Positions 9,804 to 24,545 of a DNA stretch of 64,000 nt are shown here, one piece after another (the first letter of the stretch is position 1; every line of letters begins with the position of its first letter). The translations under genes and the position numbers were made by a program. Under the pieces are notes generated by a model. That model searched no databases. It was not told the DNA's origin and worked only from the letters and a program-made list of their open reading frames with translations. Source of the DNA: an uncultured Chloroflexia bacterium (GTDB lineage: Bacteria > Chloroflexota > Limnocylindria > Limnocylindrales > CSP1-4); assembly GCA_963712745.1 (NCBI GenBank), contig CAVQJC010000001.1:320001-384000 (forward strand), given 5' to 3'.

Positions 9804-12204
9804 TCAGGACTTGGCGGCATCCTCCGCCGCGTCCGCGGCCTCGGCTTCGGCGTCGTTCTTGGCCTCGGCAGCGGCCTCGGCCACGGCCTCTGCCTCGACG
9901 GCGACTTCCAGGTCCGCAGCGACCTCGGCTTCAGCGGCCTCGGCGACCTCCTCAGCGACCTCGGCCACTTCGGCGGCTTCGGCAGCCGCGTCGAGATCCT
10001 CGACCACCTCGGCCGCGGCTTCGGCCTCGACGGCCTCAGCGACCTCAGCCACGCGTTCCGCCTCGACGGCCTGGGCCATGGCTTCTGCGGCGGCCTCGGG
10101 TGTCTCCGCGTCAGCGGCTGCCTTGACGTCGGCGATGACCTCTGCCTCGGCCGTCTCCTTGACGGCCTCGGCGACCTCGGCCACTTCTTCGGCCTCGACG
10201 GCTGCCTCGACGTCCGCGGCTGCCTCTTCGAGCGCAGCCTCCTCGACCGCTTCGGCATCCTCAGCCACGGCTTCGGCCTCGACAGCGTCGACGAGTGCTT
10301 CTGCCTCGACGGCCTCGGCGATGGCCTCGGTCTCGCCGGAAGCCGCTGCGTCCTGCTCGGCGATCTGCTGGCGAACCTGCGCGAAGGCCGCCGCCAGCGT
10401 GTTGTCGATGCCGCCCTCGGGCTCCTGGATGGCCTGCGAGCGGTCGAAACCGCCTCGCTCGCTACGGGGCCGGCGCTCTCGCGGGGGCCTGGCCGGAGCC
10501 TCTTCCGCCTGCTTGAGACTGAGGCCCAGGCGATGGCGCTCGGAGTCGAGGGAGATGATCTTGAGCTTGAGCGTCTGGCCTTCGTGAACCACGTCGCCCG
10601 GATGAGCAACGCGCTGGTGCGATAGCTCGCTGATGTGGATGAGGCCCTCGAGACCGTCCTTGACGCGAACGAAGGCGCCGAAGTTGACGATCTTGGTGAC
10701 CGTGCCGTCGACGAGGTCGCCGACCTTGAGGTCGGCCACGGTCGACTGCCACGGGTCGGGCAGCAGGCGGCGGATGGAAAGGCTGATGCGACCGCGCTCG
10801 TGGTTGATGTCGATGACCTCGGCCTCGACCTCGTCACCCACCTCGTACGAACCCTCGGGGTTGTTGACCTTGTTCCAGGACAGCTCGCTCTTGTGCACGA
10901 GCCCGTCGATCCCGCCAAGGTCGACGAAGATGCCGAACGGCGCGATGGAGCGGACGGTGCCCTTCACGTTCTGGCCGGTCTCGAGACTGCTGAAGAGCTC
11001 GTCGCGCTTCTCACGGCGCTCCTCGTAGAGGGCCACCTTCTCCGAGAGGATGAGGCGATTGGCCTTGCGGTTGACCTCGAGGATCTTGAGGCGGAGCTTG
11101 CGCCCCACGTAGGGCTGCAGCTTCTCGGCGATCTCCTGCGCGGCGTCGCGTGGCTGATCGTTCTGCGGGCGGCGGGGGAAGTCCACGATCTGGCTGATGG
11201 GGACGAAGCCTCGGATGCCGCAGTCGACGATAAGGCCGCCCTTGTTGTGGTCGATGACGGGAGCCTCGATGATGACGCCCTCGTCGAACTGCTCCTGCAT
11301 CGAGCGCCACTTGCGCTCGAGTCCGGCCCGGCGGAGCGACAGGACGGCGTGGCCGTCGCTCGACTCCGGCTGCAGCACGTAGACCAGCACCGTGTCACCG
11401 ACGTTGAGCTCGGGCTGCGACTCGGTGTTGCGGCCGTAGAGCTCGCGGTTGCTGACCACGCCCTCGGACTTGGCGCCGACGTCGACGAGCATCTCGTCCT
11501 TGTCGATGCGGACGATCTTGCCCTCGACCACGTCACCGTGCTTGAGGCTGGGGATATCGCCCGACTGCTCCGCGAGCAGCTCCTCCATAGTGGTGGGCTC
11601 GGGACCCAGGTCGACCGGTTCCGCGGCTGCCTCGGCCGGCGGCTCCTCGGCGGCTGCTTCGGCTGCCGCCTCCGGCTCGGCTGCGGCTGTGGCCTCCGGC
11701 TCGGCTGCGGCTGTGGCCTCTGGCTCGGCTGGCCTCGGCTGCGGCGGCCTCTGGCTCGGCTTCGGCTGCGGCCTCTGGCTCGGCTTCGGCTGTGGCCTCT
11801 GGCTCGGCTTCGGCTGCGGCCTCTGGCTCGGCTTCGGCTGTGGCCTCTGGCTCGGCTTCGGCTGCGGCCTCTGGCTCGGCTGCGGCTGTGGCCTCTGGCT
11901 CGGCTGCGGCTGTGGCCTCCGGCTCGGCCGGTGCCTCGGGGGCACCCTCTGGGGTCGGCTCTGCAGCCGGTGCGACGTCAGCGACCTCCGCGGTCGGGGC
12001 GGGCTCTTCGGTCGGTGTCTCGGGAGCGGGGGATCCTGCCTCTACGGCAGCAGCCGTGTCACCGGCTTCCGGCTCGGCCGCGATGGCGGCTGTAGCTTCG
12101 ACAGGTGTGGCCTCCGTGGCTGCGGCCTCGGGGGCTTCGGTCGCTGTCTCGGCCGCGCTCGCGGCGTTCTCGGTTTCGGTGGTCTGCGGCTCTTCTACGG
12201 TCAA
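9804..12204 (-). CDS. rpsA: 30S ribosomal protein S1 (4 S1 domains) with long acidic Ala/Glu N- and C-terminal extensions; frameshift inside the repeat near 11730-11750
   Basis: S1 domains (KSEGVV, GIRGFVPISQI, GGIDGLVHKSELSW, GLEGLIHISELS); TTG start at 12204 preceded by AAGGAG. Confidence 0.88.
11668..11926. repeat. ~24-bp tandem repeat (about 10 units, encoding AAAEPEAT/AEAEPEAA) in the rpsA 5' region
   Basis: Repeating CTCTGGCTCGGCT(T/G)CGGCTG(C/T)GGC units. Confidence 0.9.
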
Positions 12205-12213
12205 CTCTCTGGT

Positions 12214-12384
12214 CTCCTTGGTCGATAGGCTCCGACCTCTGAGCATGCGCAAAGCCCGGGCAGCATCCCGGGCTTCTGTGAGCGGCGGTGCGTCGTCCGT
12301 GTCCGGGTGGGCTCAGAGACTCCTCCGTTACCGGGCCTGCGTGGTCTGCGTATTCTCATTCGGTAGGGCTGGCGCATCCTATCA
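12214..12384 (-). promoter_or_regulatory. rpsA promoter (extended -10, TGnTAGGAT) and structured 5' leader
   Basis: -10 at 12376-12381; pairing 12237-12244 with 12311-12318; hairpin 12252-12275; SD at 12214-12219. Confidence 0.55.
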
Positions 12385-12411
12385 CGGCCGCCCGCACGCA
12401 ACAATGGGACC

Positions 12412-13287
12412 ATGCCTGAGCTGCCGGACCTGCGCATCCTCGCCGACGCCTTCACGACCGCACTCGCCGGCCGCGAGCTCGTCTCGACCCGCCTCGTGCA
12501 GCCGCTCGTCCTGCGCGGGACCGTTGCCGAGCTGCGCGGGCTCGAGGGACGTCGGCTCGAAGGGGTGGAGCAGCGCGGCAAGTTCCTGACGCTTCGACTC
12601 GGCGCCGACCGCATCGTCATCAACGCCATGCTTACCGGTCGGACGGGTCTGGCGGCGCCGGGCGCCAAGGCGTTCACCGCTACCGCGCTGGTGCTCGGCT
12701 TCGGAGCGCGGGAGTCAGCGCCCGACGGACTCGAGGTGGCTCCGTGGACGCGCGGGGCCTCGTGGCTGCCGCCGGACGGCGAGCCGGTGGAGCTGCGCTA
12801 CCGCGACGCCAAGAAGATGGGCAAGGTCTATCTGCTGCCGCAGGGCATCGAACGGGAAGTGGCAGGCTGGGCCTCGCTGGGTCCCGATGCCGACGACCCG
12901 GCGCTGGACCTCGAGGCGTGGCAGGAGCGCATCCAGCGCCACCACGGGGAGCTGCACAACCTGCTCAAGAACCAGGAGTTCGTGGCCGGTATCGGCAACG
13001 CCTATAGCGACGAGATCCTGTGGGCCGCGCGGATCGCTCCGTTCCGCAAGCGGTCCACGTTGGCGAACGAGGAGTCGGCGGCACTGTGGCGTGCCGCTCG
13101 CGAGGTCATGGACTGGGCGATCCCTGAGCTGCAGGTGCGCGTCCCGCCCACATTCGAGAAACAGGCGCGTGACTTCCTGCGCGTGCACCGGCGCGGCGGC
13201 GAAGCCTGTCCGCGCTGCGGCGCCACGCTCAGCGAGGTCTCGCCGGGCGGTTTCACCACCACCTGGTGCCGCTCCTGCCAGGTCTAG
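12412..13287 (+). CDS. Fpg/Nei family DNA glycosylase
   Basis: MPELPD N-terminus, RGKF, H2TH motif AGIGNAYSDEIL, C-terminal C4 zinc finger. Confidence 0.93.
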   Translation: MPELPDLRILADAFTTALAGRELVSTRLVQPLVLRGTVAELRGLEGRRLEGVEQRGKFLTLRLGADRIVINAMLTGRTGLAAPGAKAFTATALVLGFGARESAPDGLEVAPWTRGASWLPPDGEPVELRYRDAKKMGKVYLLPQGIEREVAGWASLGPDADDPALDLEAWQERIQRHHGELHNLLKNQEFVAGIGNAYSDEILWAARIAPFRKRSTLANEESAALWRAAREVMDWAIPELQVRVPPTFEKQARDFLRVHRRGGEACPRCGATLSEVSPGGFTTTWCRSCQV

Positions 13288-13378
13288 CCTCGTCACCGTG
13301 CCAGTACACCCGAGGCGGCGCTGGAGACTCCAGGGCGGACCGATGTCGAGGAGGGACGCAGCTCGGCCGCGGGCGACG

Positions 13379-14647
13379 CTACGGGGCGAGACCCTGGAAG
13401 CCGGGCACGGCCTCCACTTCTTCGATGGTCATGTCGCCTGAGACCGGCACCACGATGACGTCGCCGGCCTCGACATAGGGCTTCTTGTCGCCGAAGCCAC
13501 CGTTGGCTTCGACGATGGCCGGCCGGTCCGTGCCGAAGGTCTGGGCGATCTTGACCAGGCCCTCGTCTTCCTGGACCTGGTACAGGATCTCGAAGCCGGC
13601 GGAGGATGGGGGGGTGGTCAGATCCGGCGTGGAGTCGGCATCCGGCTCGGGTGTCGGCTCAGGCGTGCGCTCGGGCTTGGTCGTCTTGGCCGGCTGGCCT
13701 GAGGCCGCCGCCGAGGGCGAAGCTTCACCGGCCGGCCCCGCGGGCTCACTGGAGCAGCTGCCGAGGAGCAATACGAAGAGGAAGACGATGATGGCGATGC
13801 CCGCGATCGCGGCGGCCACGACGATGGGCCGACGCGAGTCCGCGGCTCCACTCGAAGTGCGCGCGGTGCGTGCTGTTGCGGATCGGAGCTCCGCGGCCGG
13901 GGTGCCCCCAGCCTCGCCGCCTTCCTGCGCGAACTTGTACATCTCGCAGCGCGTATGCCTGTCGGTCAGGCAGAAGCGTTCCTGGAAGGCGAGAGGCAGG
14001 GTGCCTGGAGGATCCTGGACCGTGCAGCGATGGCCTTCGTCAGGTTCCGCCGAGCGGTAGGTGCCGTCCTCGGAAGCCAGGTACGGGCAGACGCCGGCCA
14101 GCCAGTCGCCAGGCACGACTGGGGCGCCCACCGGGCCCTGGACCGGCGACTCCGCAACTGCCTGGGGGATGTCCGCCCCATCGGCCCCGCCGGTCGCGGC
14201 GGCGTCCGGATCAGCCGGCTCAGCCTCGTCAACGCCTGGCTCCGATCCGCCGGTGTGGGCCACGGGGGCTGCGGCCGGAAGCGACTCGGGAGCGGCCGCG
14301 GCGGTCTCATCGGGGCCCTCGGTGGCCGGCCCTGACCGCGGCGGCACGACCGGCCCCTGGCCGGCGGGAGCCGGCGGCATCGGCTGCCAGCTCATCGGCT
14401 CGAGAGTCGGCGCCGGCATCTGCGGCGCGGGGGGCATCGCGGGCGTGGGGGGCGACCCGCCCGACGGCGGCACGGATCCGGGCATAGCCGGCATCCGCGG
14501 GGGCGTCGGCCCAGGCGGCCCAGGCGGCGGCGTGGGCGCAGGCGGCCTATCCGGAGGCACGGCCGCTCCGCCCCCGTCGGTAGTCAGGGGCGCTCCGTCA
14601 CGGCTCTCCGGCAGCGTCCACTGCTCGTCCTGAGGATCAGACTGCAC
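13379..14647 (-). CDS. Membrane protein with Pro-rich N-terminus, Cys4 motif, TM helix and C-terminal LysM domain
   Basis: CPYL..HRC..FC..RC motif, hydrophobic helix, YQVQEDEGLVKIAQTFG..IVEAN..GDVIVVP. Confidence 0.75.
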   Translation of the reverse strand: MQSDPQDEQWTLPESRDGAPLTTDGGGAAVPPDRPPAPTPPPGPPGPTPPRMPAMPGSVPPSGGSPPTPAMPPAPQMPAPTLEPMSWQPMPPAPAGQGPVVPPRSGPATEGPDETAAAAPESLPAAAPVAHTGGSEPGVDEAEPADPDAAATGGADGADIPQAVAESPVQGPVGAPVVPGDWLAGVCPYLASEDGTYRSAEPDEGHRCTVQDPPGTLPLAFQERFCLTDRHTRCEMYKFAQEGGEAGGTPAAELRSATARTARTSSGAADSRRPIVVAAAIAGIAIIVFLFVLLLGSCSSEPAGPAGEASPSAAASGQPAKTTKPERTPEPTPEPDADSTPDLTTPPSSAGFEILYQVQEDEGLVKIAQTFGTDRPAIVEANGGFGDKKPYVEAGDVIVVPVSGDMTIEEVEAVPGFQGLAP

Positions 14648-14745
14648 GACGCGATGATACGGCGTCGGTACAGTTCGAGCGCCGGACGCCGAGAACGGCC
14701 GCCGATGACGACGACCGCCCGGTCAGTTCAGGACAACGCAAAAGA

Positions 14746-14863
14746 CCCTGGCGACGACCTATTTTCCCGAGGGGCTGCCCCCTGAGTATCTTCGGCGCTG
14801 GAGAGCTTGACTTCCGTGTTCGAGATGGGAACGGGTATGGCCTCTCCGCTAGAGTCACCAGGA
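14746..14863 (-). rRNA. rrf: 5S rRNA
   Basis: Conserved CCCGTTCCCATCTCGAACACGGAAGTCAAG and AATAGGTCGTCGCCAGG on the minus strand. Confidence 0.95.
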
Positions 14864-15025
14864 TCTCGTGCGTGTGTTCAGAGTGACGACGTGATCGGCA
14901 CGACGGCGTAGCCGGCGTGTGTGAGTCTGAACTTCGATCCCTGCCGCGGCGCGACCTTCCGTCGCGCTGACGCGGTGAAATCTTCCGGACCTTCCTGGCA
15001 GCTGCCCTTGGTTGGGCTGCTGAAT

Positions 15026-18082
<3,057 letters not shown>

Positions 18083-18471
18083 TCCCTCAGCAACTCACCC
18101 AAAGGTAGTTGCCGATGGAAGGTCCGGGATCATTAACCTTGTCGTTAAATCTTCGGCAGAAATCGAAGTTCAAAAAAGACTTACGTTTTCTTCCGATCAC
18201 GTCTTCACTTTGTAAGGTGCTGCGAGTCAGGCTCGCACTGTCCAGCGATCCGCTGGTCGGTGACCTCCAGGCTTGCGCCTGAAGCCCACGGATCAGGGGC
18301 TCTCCGGGCGTTGACACACAAGACGGCTCGAAGACCTCGAGCCGTCTCCACGATGCGGCCAGGGTTGCTCTTCGAGAGCCTCGCGGGGTCTACCCGATAT
18401 TCGGTTCGGCATGGTCAGGCTGTCGGTCAGCAGACTGTCGTACCTCGTCGGCATCCGTGTCGGCAGGGAGT

Positions 18472-18547
18472 TGGTGGAGACGAGGAGACTCGAACTCCTG
18501 ACCCTCTCCTTGCAAAGGAGATGCTCTTCCAACTGAGCTACGCCCCC
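18472..18547 (-). tRNA. tRNA-Ala(TGC) in the ITS
   Basis: Cloverleaf, G3:U70 pair, anticodon TGC, CCA. Confidence 0.96.
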
Positions 18548-18577
18548 TTGGCGCCCGACGACCCATCGGACGGTACG

Positions 18578-18654
18578 TGGTGGGCGTTTCTGGACTCGAA
18601 CCAGAGACCTCTGCCTTATCAGGGCAGTGCTCTAACCAACTGAGCTAAACGCCC
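18578..18654 (-). tRNA. tRNA-Ile(GAT) in the ITS
   Basis: Anticodon arm CTGCC-CTGATAA-GGCAG, CCA. Confidence 0.96.
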
Positions 18655-18888
18655 GGCGCACCCCCCGGCGAGTCGACCTCCCGAGGGGTGACTGCACCTT
18701 AACACTTGAAGAGTGACAGATAAGCCTTGCACGAACGGTTTCGGTGCTTGTGCTGGGTCGTTCACGATCTCACACGGACGGATCCGTATGCCGCCCCCAC
18801 CCAGCGGGTTGGCGATATCGATCGTGGCGATCAACCTGGGAGGGTATCTAGCGCTCTGGCCTCACCGATGGCCTCGGCTCCCTCTCCC

Positions 18889-20392
<1,504 letters not shown>

Positions 20393-20466
20393 AAAAAGGG
20401 TCGATCTTGCGATCGTCCCTTTAGGTTTCGGGGGTTTGCCCGCTCGCACAATTTTCTAATGACTCG

Positions 20467-20494
20467 TCTGCCACTCTTCACTTGTTAAGGTGCA
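20467..20494 (-). promoter_or_regulatory. 16S leader half of the RNase III-type processing stem, with a boxA-like GCACCTTAACAA
   Basis: Complementary to 18693-18720 in the ITS; an equivalent pair for 23S lies at ~18193-18220 and ~14883-14898. Confidence 0.7.
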
Positions 20495-20533
20495 TCCGTA
20501 TCCCCGCATGAGCGAGACCCGGCACAGCGGTCC

Positions 20534-20562
20534 ATGGTGACACAGGCAATCTGGTCTGTCAA
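20534..20562 (-). promoter_or_regulatory. rRNA operon promoter TTGACA-N17-CACCAT
   Basis: Perfect -35 with 17-bp spacer upstream of the 16S leader. Confidence 0.7.
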
Positions 20563-21015
20563 CTACGGGTGGTGCCAGCTCTGACCCAGCGGCCCGAGCT
20601 CGCGGGGCACGGGTGTCGTGCCCTGCGGGATCCGTATCGTAGCCGTATTCGCGGATCACGTCAGATGGCGCCGACCCGTCTGCAAACACGGAATCGCGGT
20701 GCCGTCCGACCATCACGACAGCAACGGGGGCTCGCTGCATGAGGTCATTGAGGTCGCCATGAATGAGCGATGGCCCTGGGTAGCGACATGATCGGCGGCT
20801 GACCAGAGACCTACCCGCGGCCGGTCACCAGGGCCTGCTGCGTGGCCTGGCCGTACCCATCGTCTTCCTCGGCTCACTGCTGGCGCTGCTTTTCGTCGGC
20901 ACCCGACCGCGGGATGCTCGGCGTGTCGGTCACCCCGCACAGTGGCCGGCTAGGCGACTGCGCGAGACGATGGCCGCCCTGACGGGCGTCGCAGGAGCCG
21001 CGCTCGCCCAGGACG

Positions 21016-21187
21016 CTAGATGACGCCGTTCTCCGCGAGCAGGATGAAGCTGGCGGCGCTGATCCAGCAGGCCAGGGCGAGCACAGCTGAGCCGGGTTCA
21101 CCGAGGATACCGGTGATGACCCAGTAGAGCAGCAAGCCCAAGGAGCAGGGCGATGGCCGGCTTGATGAGACGCAGAGAGCGCCTCAT
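21016..21187 (-). CDS. Small (~56 aa) two-helix membrane protein, reconstructed across one indel
   Basis: MRRSLRLIKPAIALLLG...YWVITGILGEPGSAVLALACWISAASFILLAENGVI after frame correction; downstream of recR. Confidence 0.5.
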
Positions 21188-21226
21188 TGACGAGATACCT
21201 CAACGGTCGACTCGGCTCGAGTCAGT

Positions 21227-21840
21227 TCATGCCGACCCTGGAGTGCCCGGACGAGGGTCACCTCGTCGGCATACTCGAGGTCGCCACCCAACGGGAATAC
21301 CGCGGGCGATGCGTGGAGACCTCGCCGACGTGCTCGCGCATGCCGCTCGGCCAGGTACATCGCGGTAGCCTCCCCTCGAGCGTGGGATTGGTCGCGAGCA
21401 CGATCTCGGCGTAGCGATCACCCGCGACTGCGACGCTCTTGCGACACGCTCGAGCAGCTCGCGGATGTGCAGACGCTCGGGCCCGATGCCGTCGACCGGC
21501 GAGATGGCGCCGTGCAGGACGTGATAGCGACCCTTGAACGCGCGCGTACGCTCCAGTGCGAGCACGTCGAGCGGCTCCTCGACGACACACAAGCCTGGTG
21601 TCGTCGCGGCCCGGATCGAGGCAGATCGGACACAGCGGCCCGGTGCTGATGTCGAAACAGCGCTCGCAGAAGACGACGTCGTCGCGCACGGAGATGAGCG
21701 CAGCAGCCAGGGCGCGGGCCTCGGTGTCGGGTGCACGCAGCAGAGTGGTAGGTCAGCCGTTGCGCGGTCTTGGGACCGATGCCGGGTAGTCGCGAGAAGG
21801 ATTCGATGAGCCGTGCGACCGGCTCGATGAGACCGGTCAC
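21227..21840 (-). CDS. recR: Recombination mediator RecR (several indels)
   Basis: [13 protein letters not shown]4 finger, [28 protein letters not shown] pieces in different frames. Confidence 0.9.
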
Positions 21841-21864
21841 CGGCGGAGGATGCCTCAGCCGCGG

Positions 21865-22172
21865 CTACATGCCGGGGATCTGCAGGCCACCAGTCACACG
21901 CGCGAGCTTCTGCTCGGCCGTCGATGCGCGCATTCGCGAGCGCGTCGCCAACGGCGGCGACGACGAGGTCCTGGAGCATCTCCACGTCGTCTGGGTCGAC
22001 GACGCTCGGGTCGATGGTCACCGACACGATGTCCTGCTTGCCGGTCACGACCGCCTTGACGACGCCGCCGCCGGCGCTGCCTTCGATCTGGAGCGTCTCC
22101 GAGTTCCTGCTGGATGCGCGCCATGTCGGCCTGCATCTGCTGGGCCATCTTGGCCAGGTTGCCCATGCCCAT
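21865..22172 (-). CDS. YbaB/EbfC nucleoid-associated protein (indels)
   Basis: [33 protein letters not shown]; lies between dnaX and recR. Confidence 0.9.
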
Positions 22173-22201
22173 GCTTGTCTCCTTCGTGGTGTTCGCCTTG
22201 C

Positions 22202-23928
22202 CTAGTCGATGTCTCCGAGGCCTTCGATCTCGCCGTCGAAGATCCGTCGTGCCTGTGAAACGAGATCGCCTTCGCCGGCATCGACCGGTTCGACAAGCTC
22301 CAGGTTCGTCACGACGCAGCGTACCGCCACCGTGCCTCCCATGACGGACGTGATGCCATCCTCGAGCACGATGCGCTTGCGTTCGGCGATGTCGCGCATG
22401 AACGCCTGGTCCTCGGGGAAACCCAGGATCAGGAAGCCATCGCGCATCTCTACCGGCCGGCAGGTCGTGACCAGGGGCCGATTGGCCGGGTTGCTGCTGA
22501 TGGCGGCCACGATCTGCGGCCAGGCACCGCGGATCCGCGCGATCTGATCGCCCGGCTCGGACGGAGCACCGCTGGCGCGCGAGGGAGGGCGAGGTTGTCG
22601 CCGACCGCGGCTGGCGGGCTCATCGGCGGGAGCACAGCGCGAGGTCGACGGCTGAGTCGCAGGAGCGCCAGGTCGGGACCGGTCCGGCGCTCGCGTGCTG
22701 GCTGGCGCGGCTCGTCCGCTCGGCGGGGAGGCAGGGGCGGGCTGGCGCACGAGGTGGCGGTGGAAGCCGGCTGAGCTGCCGGCTGTGTCGGGCTGGGTTC
22801 ACGGGCGCCGCAGACATCTGGACTCGACACGGCCGGCGTCGTCGCGATCGGACCGTCCGCGGCGGCCAACAGACACAGCTCCAGCTGCCAGCGGTAGCCA
22901 CCCAGGCCACTGCGGCTGGCATCGATCCCGCTGAGCCTGCGGGCAGCCTGTGCCAGTGGTCGGGCTGCGGCACGTTCGTCAGCCGACTTCGACGACATGC
23001 GTTCGACGAGCAGTGCGCGCAGACGCTCGACGAGCTGCTCACTGAAGGCCACCAGGTCACGACCCTCGGCCTCGAGGCTATCGAGGACGTGGACACCGGC
23101 GAGCACATCGCCCTCGACGAGCGCGCTGATGAAGCGGTCGACGGCTGCGTCGTCTGCCAGACCCAGGAGTTCCTGGATGGAGGCTGGCGGTGATCGGGTC
23201 GGCGACGCTGACGAGGACCTGGTCGAGCATCGATTCGGCATCGCGCATGCCGCCACCGGCCATGCGTGCGACCAGTGCGATGGCTTCCGGCTTCGACCGT
23301 GCGCCCTTCGGTCTCGAGGATGCGCCGGAGCTTGCCCTCGATCTCGGGGATCGACAGCGGGCCGGAAGGTGAAGCGTTGCAGCCGCGACACGACCGCCGG
23401 GCGGATCTGGCTCGGATCGGTCGTGCAGAAGATGAAGAGGACGCCATCGGGCGGCTCCTCGAGCGTCTTGAGGAGCACGTCCCAGCCCTCCTTGATGCGC
23501 TGCACCTCATCGATGATGAAGACCTTGCGCCGCAGGTCGGAGGCGGCGGTGTAGACGCGCGGCACCAGCTCGCGCATGTCATCGACCTTGTTGTTGGACG
23601 CTGCATCGAGCTCGACCACGTCGAGTGCACGACCTTCGCGGATGGAGACGCAGTTGGCGCAGGCATCGCACGGTTCGCCATCTCGCAGGTCGGTGCAGTT
23701 GACGGCCTTGGCCATGATCCGCGCCGTCGAGGTCTTGCCCGTGCCGCGCGGCCCGACGAACAGGAAGCCATGGCCGACCCGGTCGAGCCGGACGCCATTG
23801 CGCAGCGTCTGGACCACCGCGTCCTGACCCACGATCTGCGAGAAGGTCTGGGCGCGGAAGCGTCGATAGAGCGCCTGGTTGTCGCTACCTCGGTGATCGG
23901 CGGACGAAGCGATCGGGGTATCTGTCAT
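22202..23928 (-). CDS. dnaX: DNA polymerase III subunit gamma/tau (indels)
   Basis: ALYRRFR, GPRGTGKTS, ELDAASNN, FIIDEV, LLKTLEEPP; C-terminal domain in ORF 22202..22750. Confidence 0.93.
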
Positions 23929-23976
23929 CGGACTCCGTGGGCCGATCGGGCGCAGACGCGCCGCTGGGTGAGTGTT

Positions 23977-24245
23977 GCCGTGCACCCTCCGTCGACCACG
24001 ACGATGCGCGGGCCCTACCGGAACGATCGGCTCGGACCAGGCCGGTCCGCGGCACCCGGCGAACAGCGCTTAACGCTGCTTCCTTCCGGACCTGACGTGG
24101 TTCACGCGTCGCCGCTGCGCGGGACCCGATCCTCAACACCGATCATCCCGTTGGCTTCCACGTAACGCGGGCCTCGGGAGGGAATTCAGCCCTGCTGGAG
24201 CGGTTTGCAGGTACAGGGCACCGCTAGTTCCCCGCCTAGCACGGC
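23977..24245 (-). ncRNA. ffs: Large (Bacillus-type, Alu-domain) SRP RNA
   Basis: 5' GCCGTGCTAGGCGGGGAACTAGCGGTGCCCTGTACCTGCAA, helix 8 TCAGGTCCGGAAGGAAGCAGC, closing GTGCACGGC; upstream of dnaX. Confidence 0.93.
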
Positions 24246-24274
24246 CTACGCATCATAGCGGCCACCGGCGGGAG

Positions 24275-24362
24275 TGGCGGAGAGGGCGGGATTCGAACCC
24301 GCGATGGGTTTCCCCATACGGCATTTCCAGTGCCGCGCACTAGGCCTCTATGCGACCTCTCC
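24275..24362 (-). tRNA. tRNA-Ser(GGA)
   Basis: Anticodon arm CGGCA-CTGGAAA-TGCCG, long variable arm, CCA. Confidence 0.95.
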
Positions 24363-24396
24363 GCGTGTGGGACCCGAGCCGGGCTCCACGGGCTAG

Positions 24397-24482
<86 letters not shown>

Positions 24483-24545
24483 GGGTCCGGCGAGAGTCTA
24501 GCAAAGCCGCGGCACGCCCGAAGAACGGACACGGGTCAGCGTGGC

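Noticed and set aside
11668-11926. Repeat array as a possible CRISPR
   Set aside because: No unique spacers; the 24-bp units are in-frame coding repeats within rpsA, and no cas genes are present.
1425-12228. Long + strand ORFs (851, 850 and 486 aa, among others) opposite cysS, clpC and rpsA
   Set aside because: Antisense shadow ORFs typical of high-GC codon bias, with no recognisable motifs.
22202-23928. Programmed frameshift in dnaX (gamma/tau)
   Set aside because: No A-AAA-AAG or poly-A slippery site was seen. Several indels, including compensating ones in the ATPase domain, match the local error pattern.
23977-24245. Novel large ncRNA upstream of dnaX
   Set aside because: It is the known large Alu-domain SRP RNA in its usual position.
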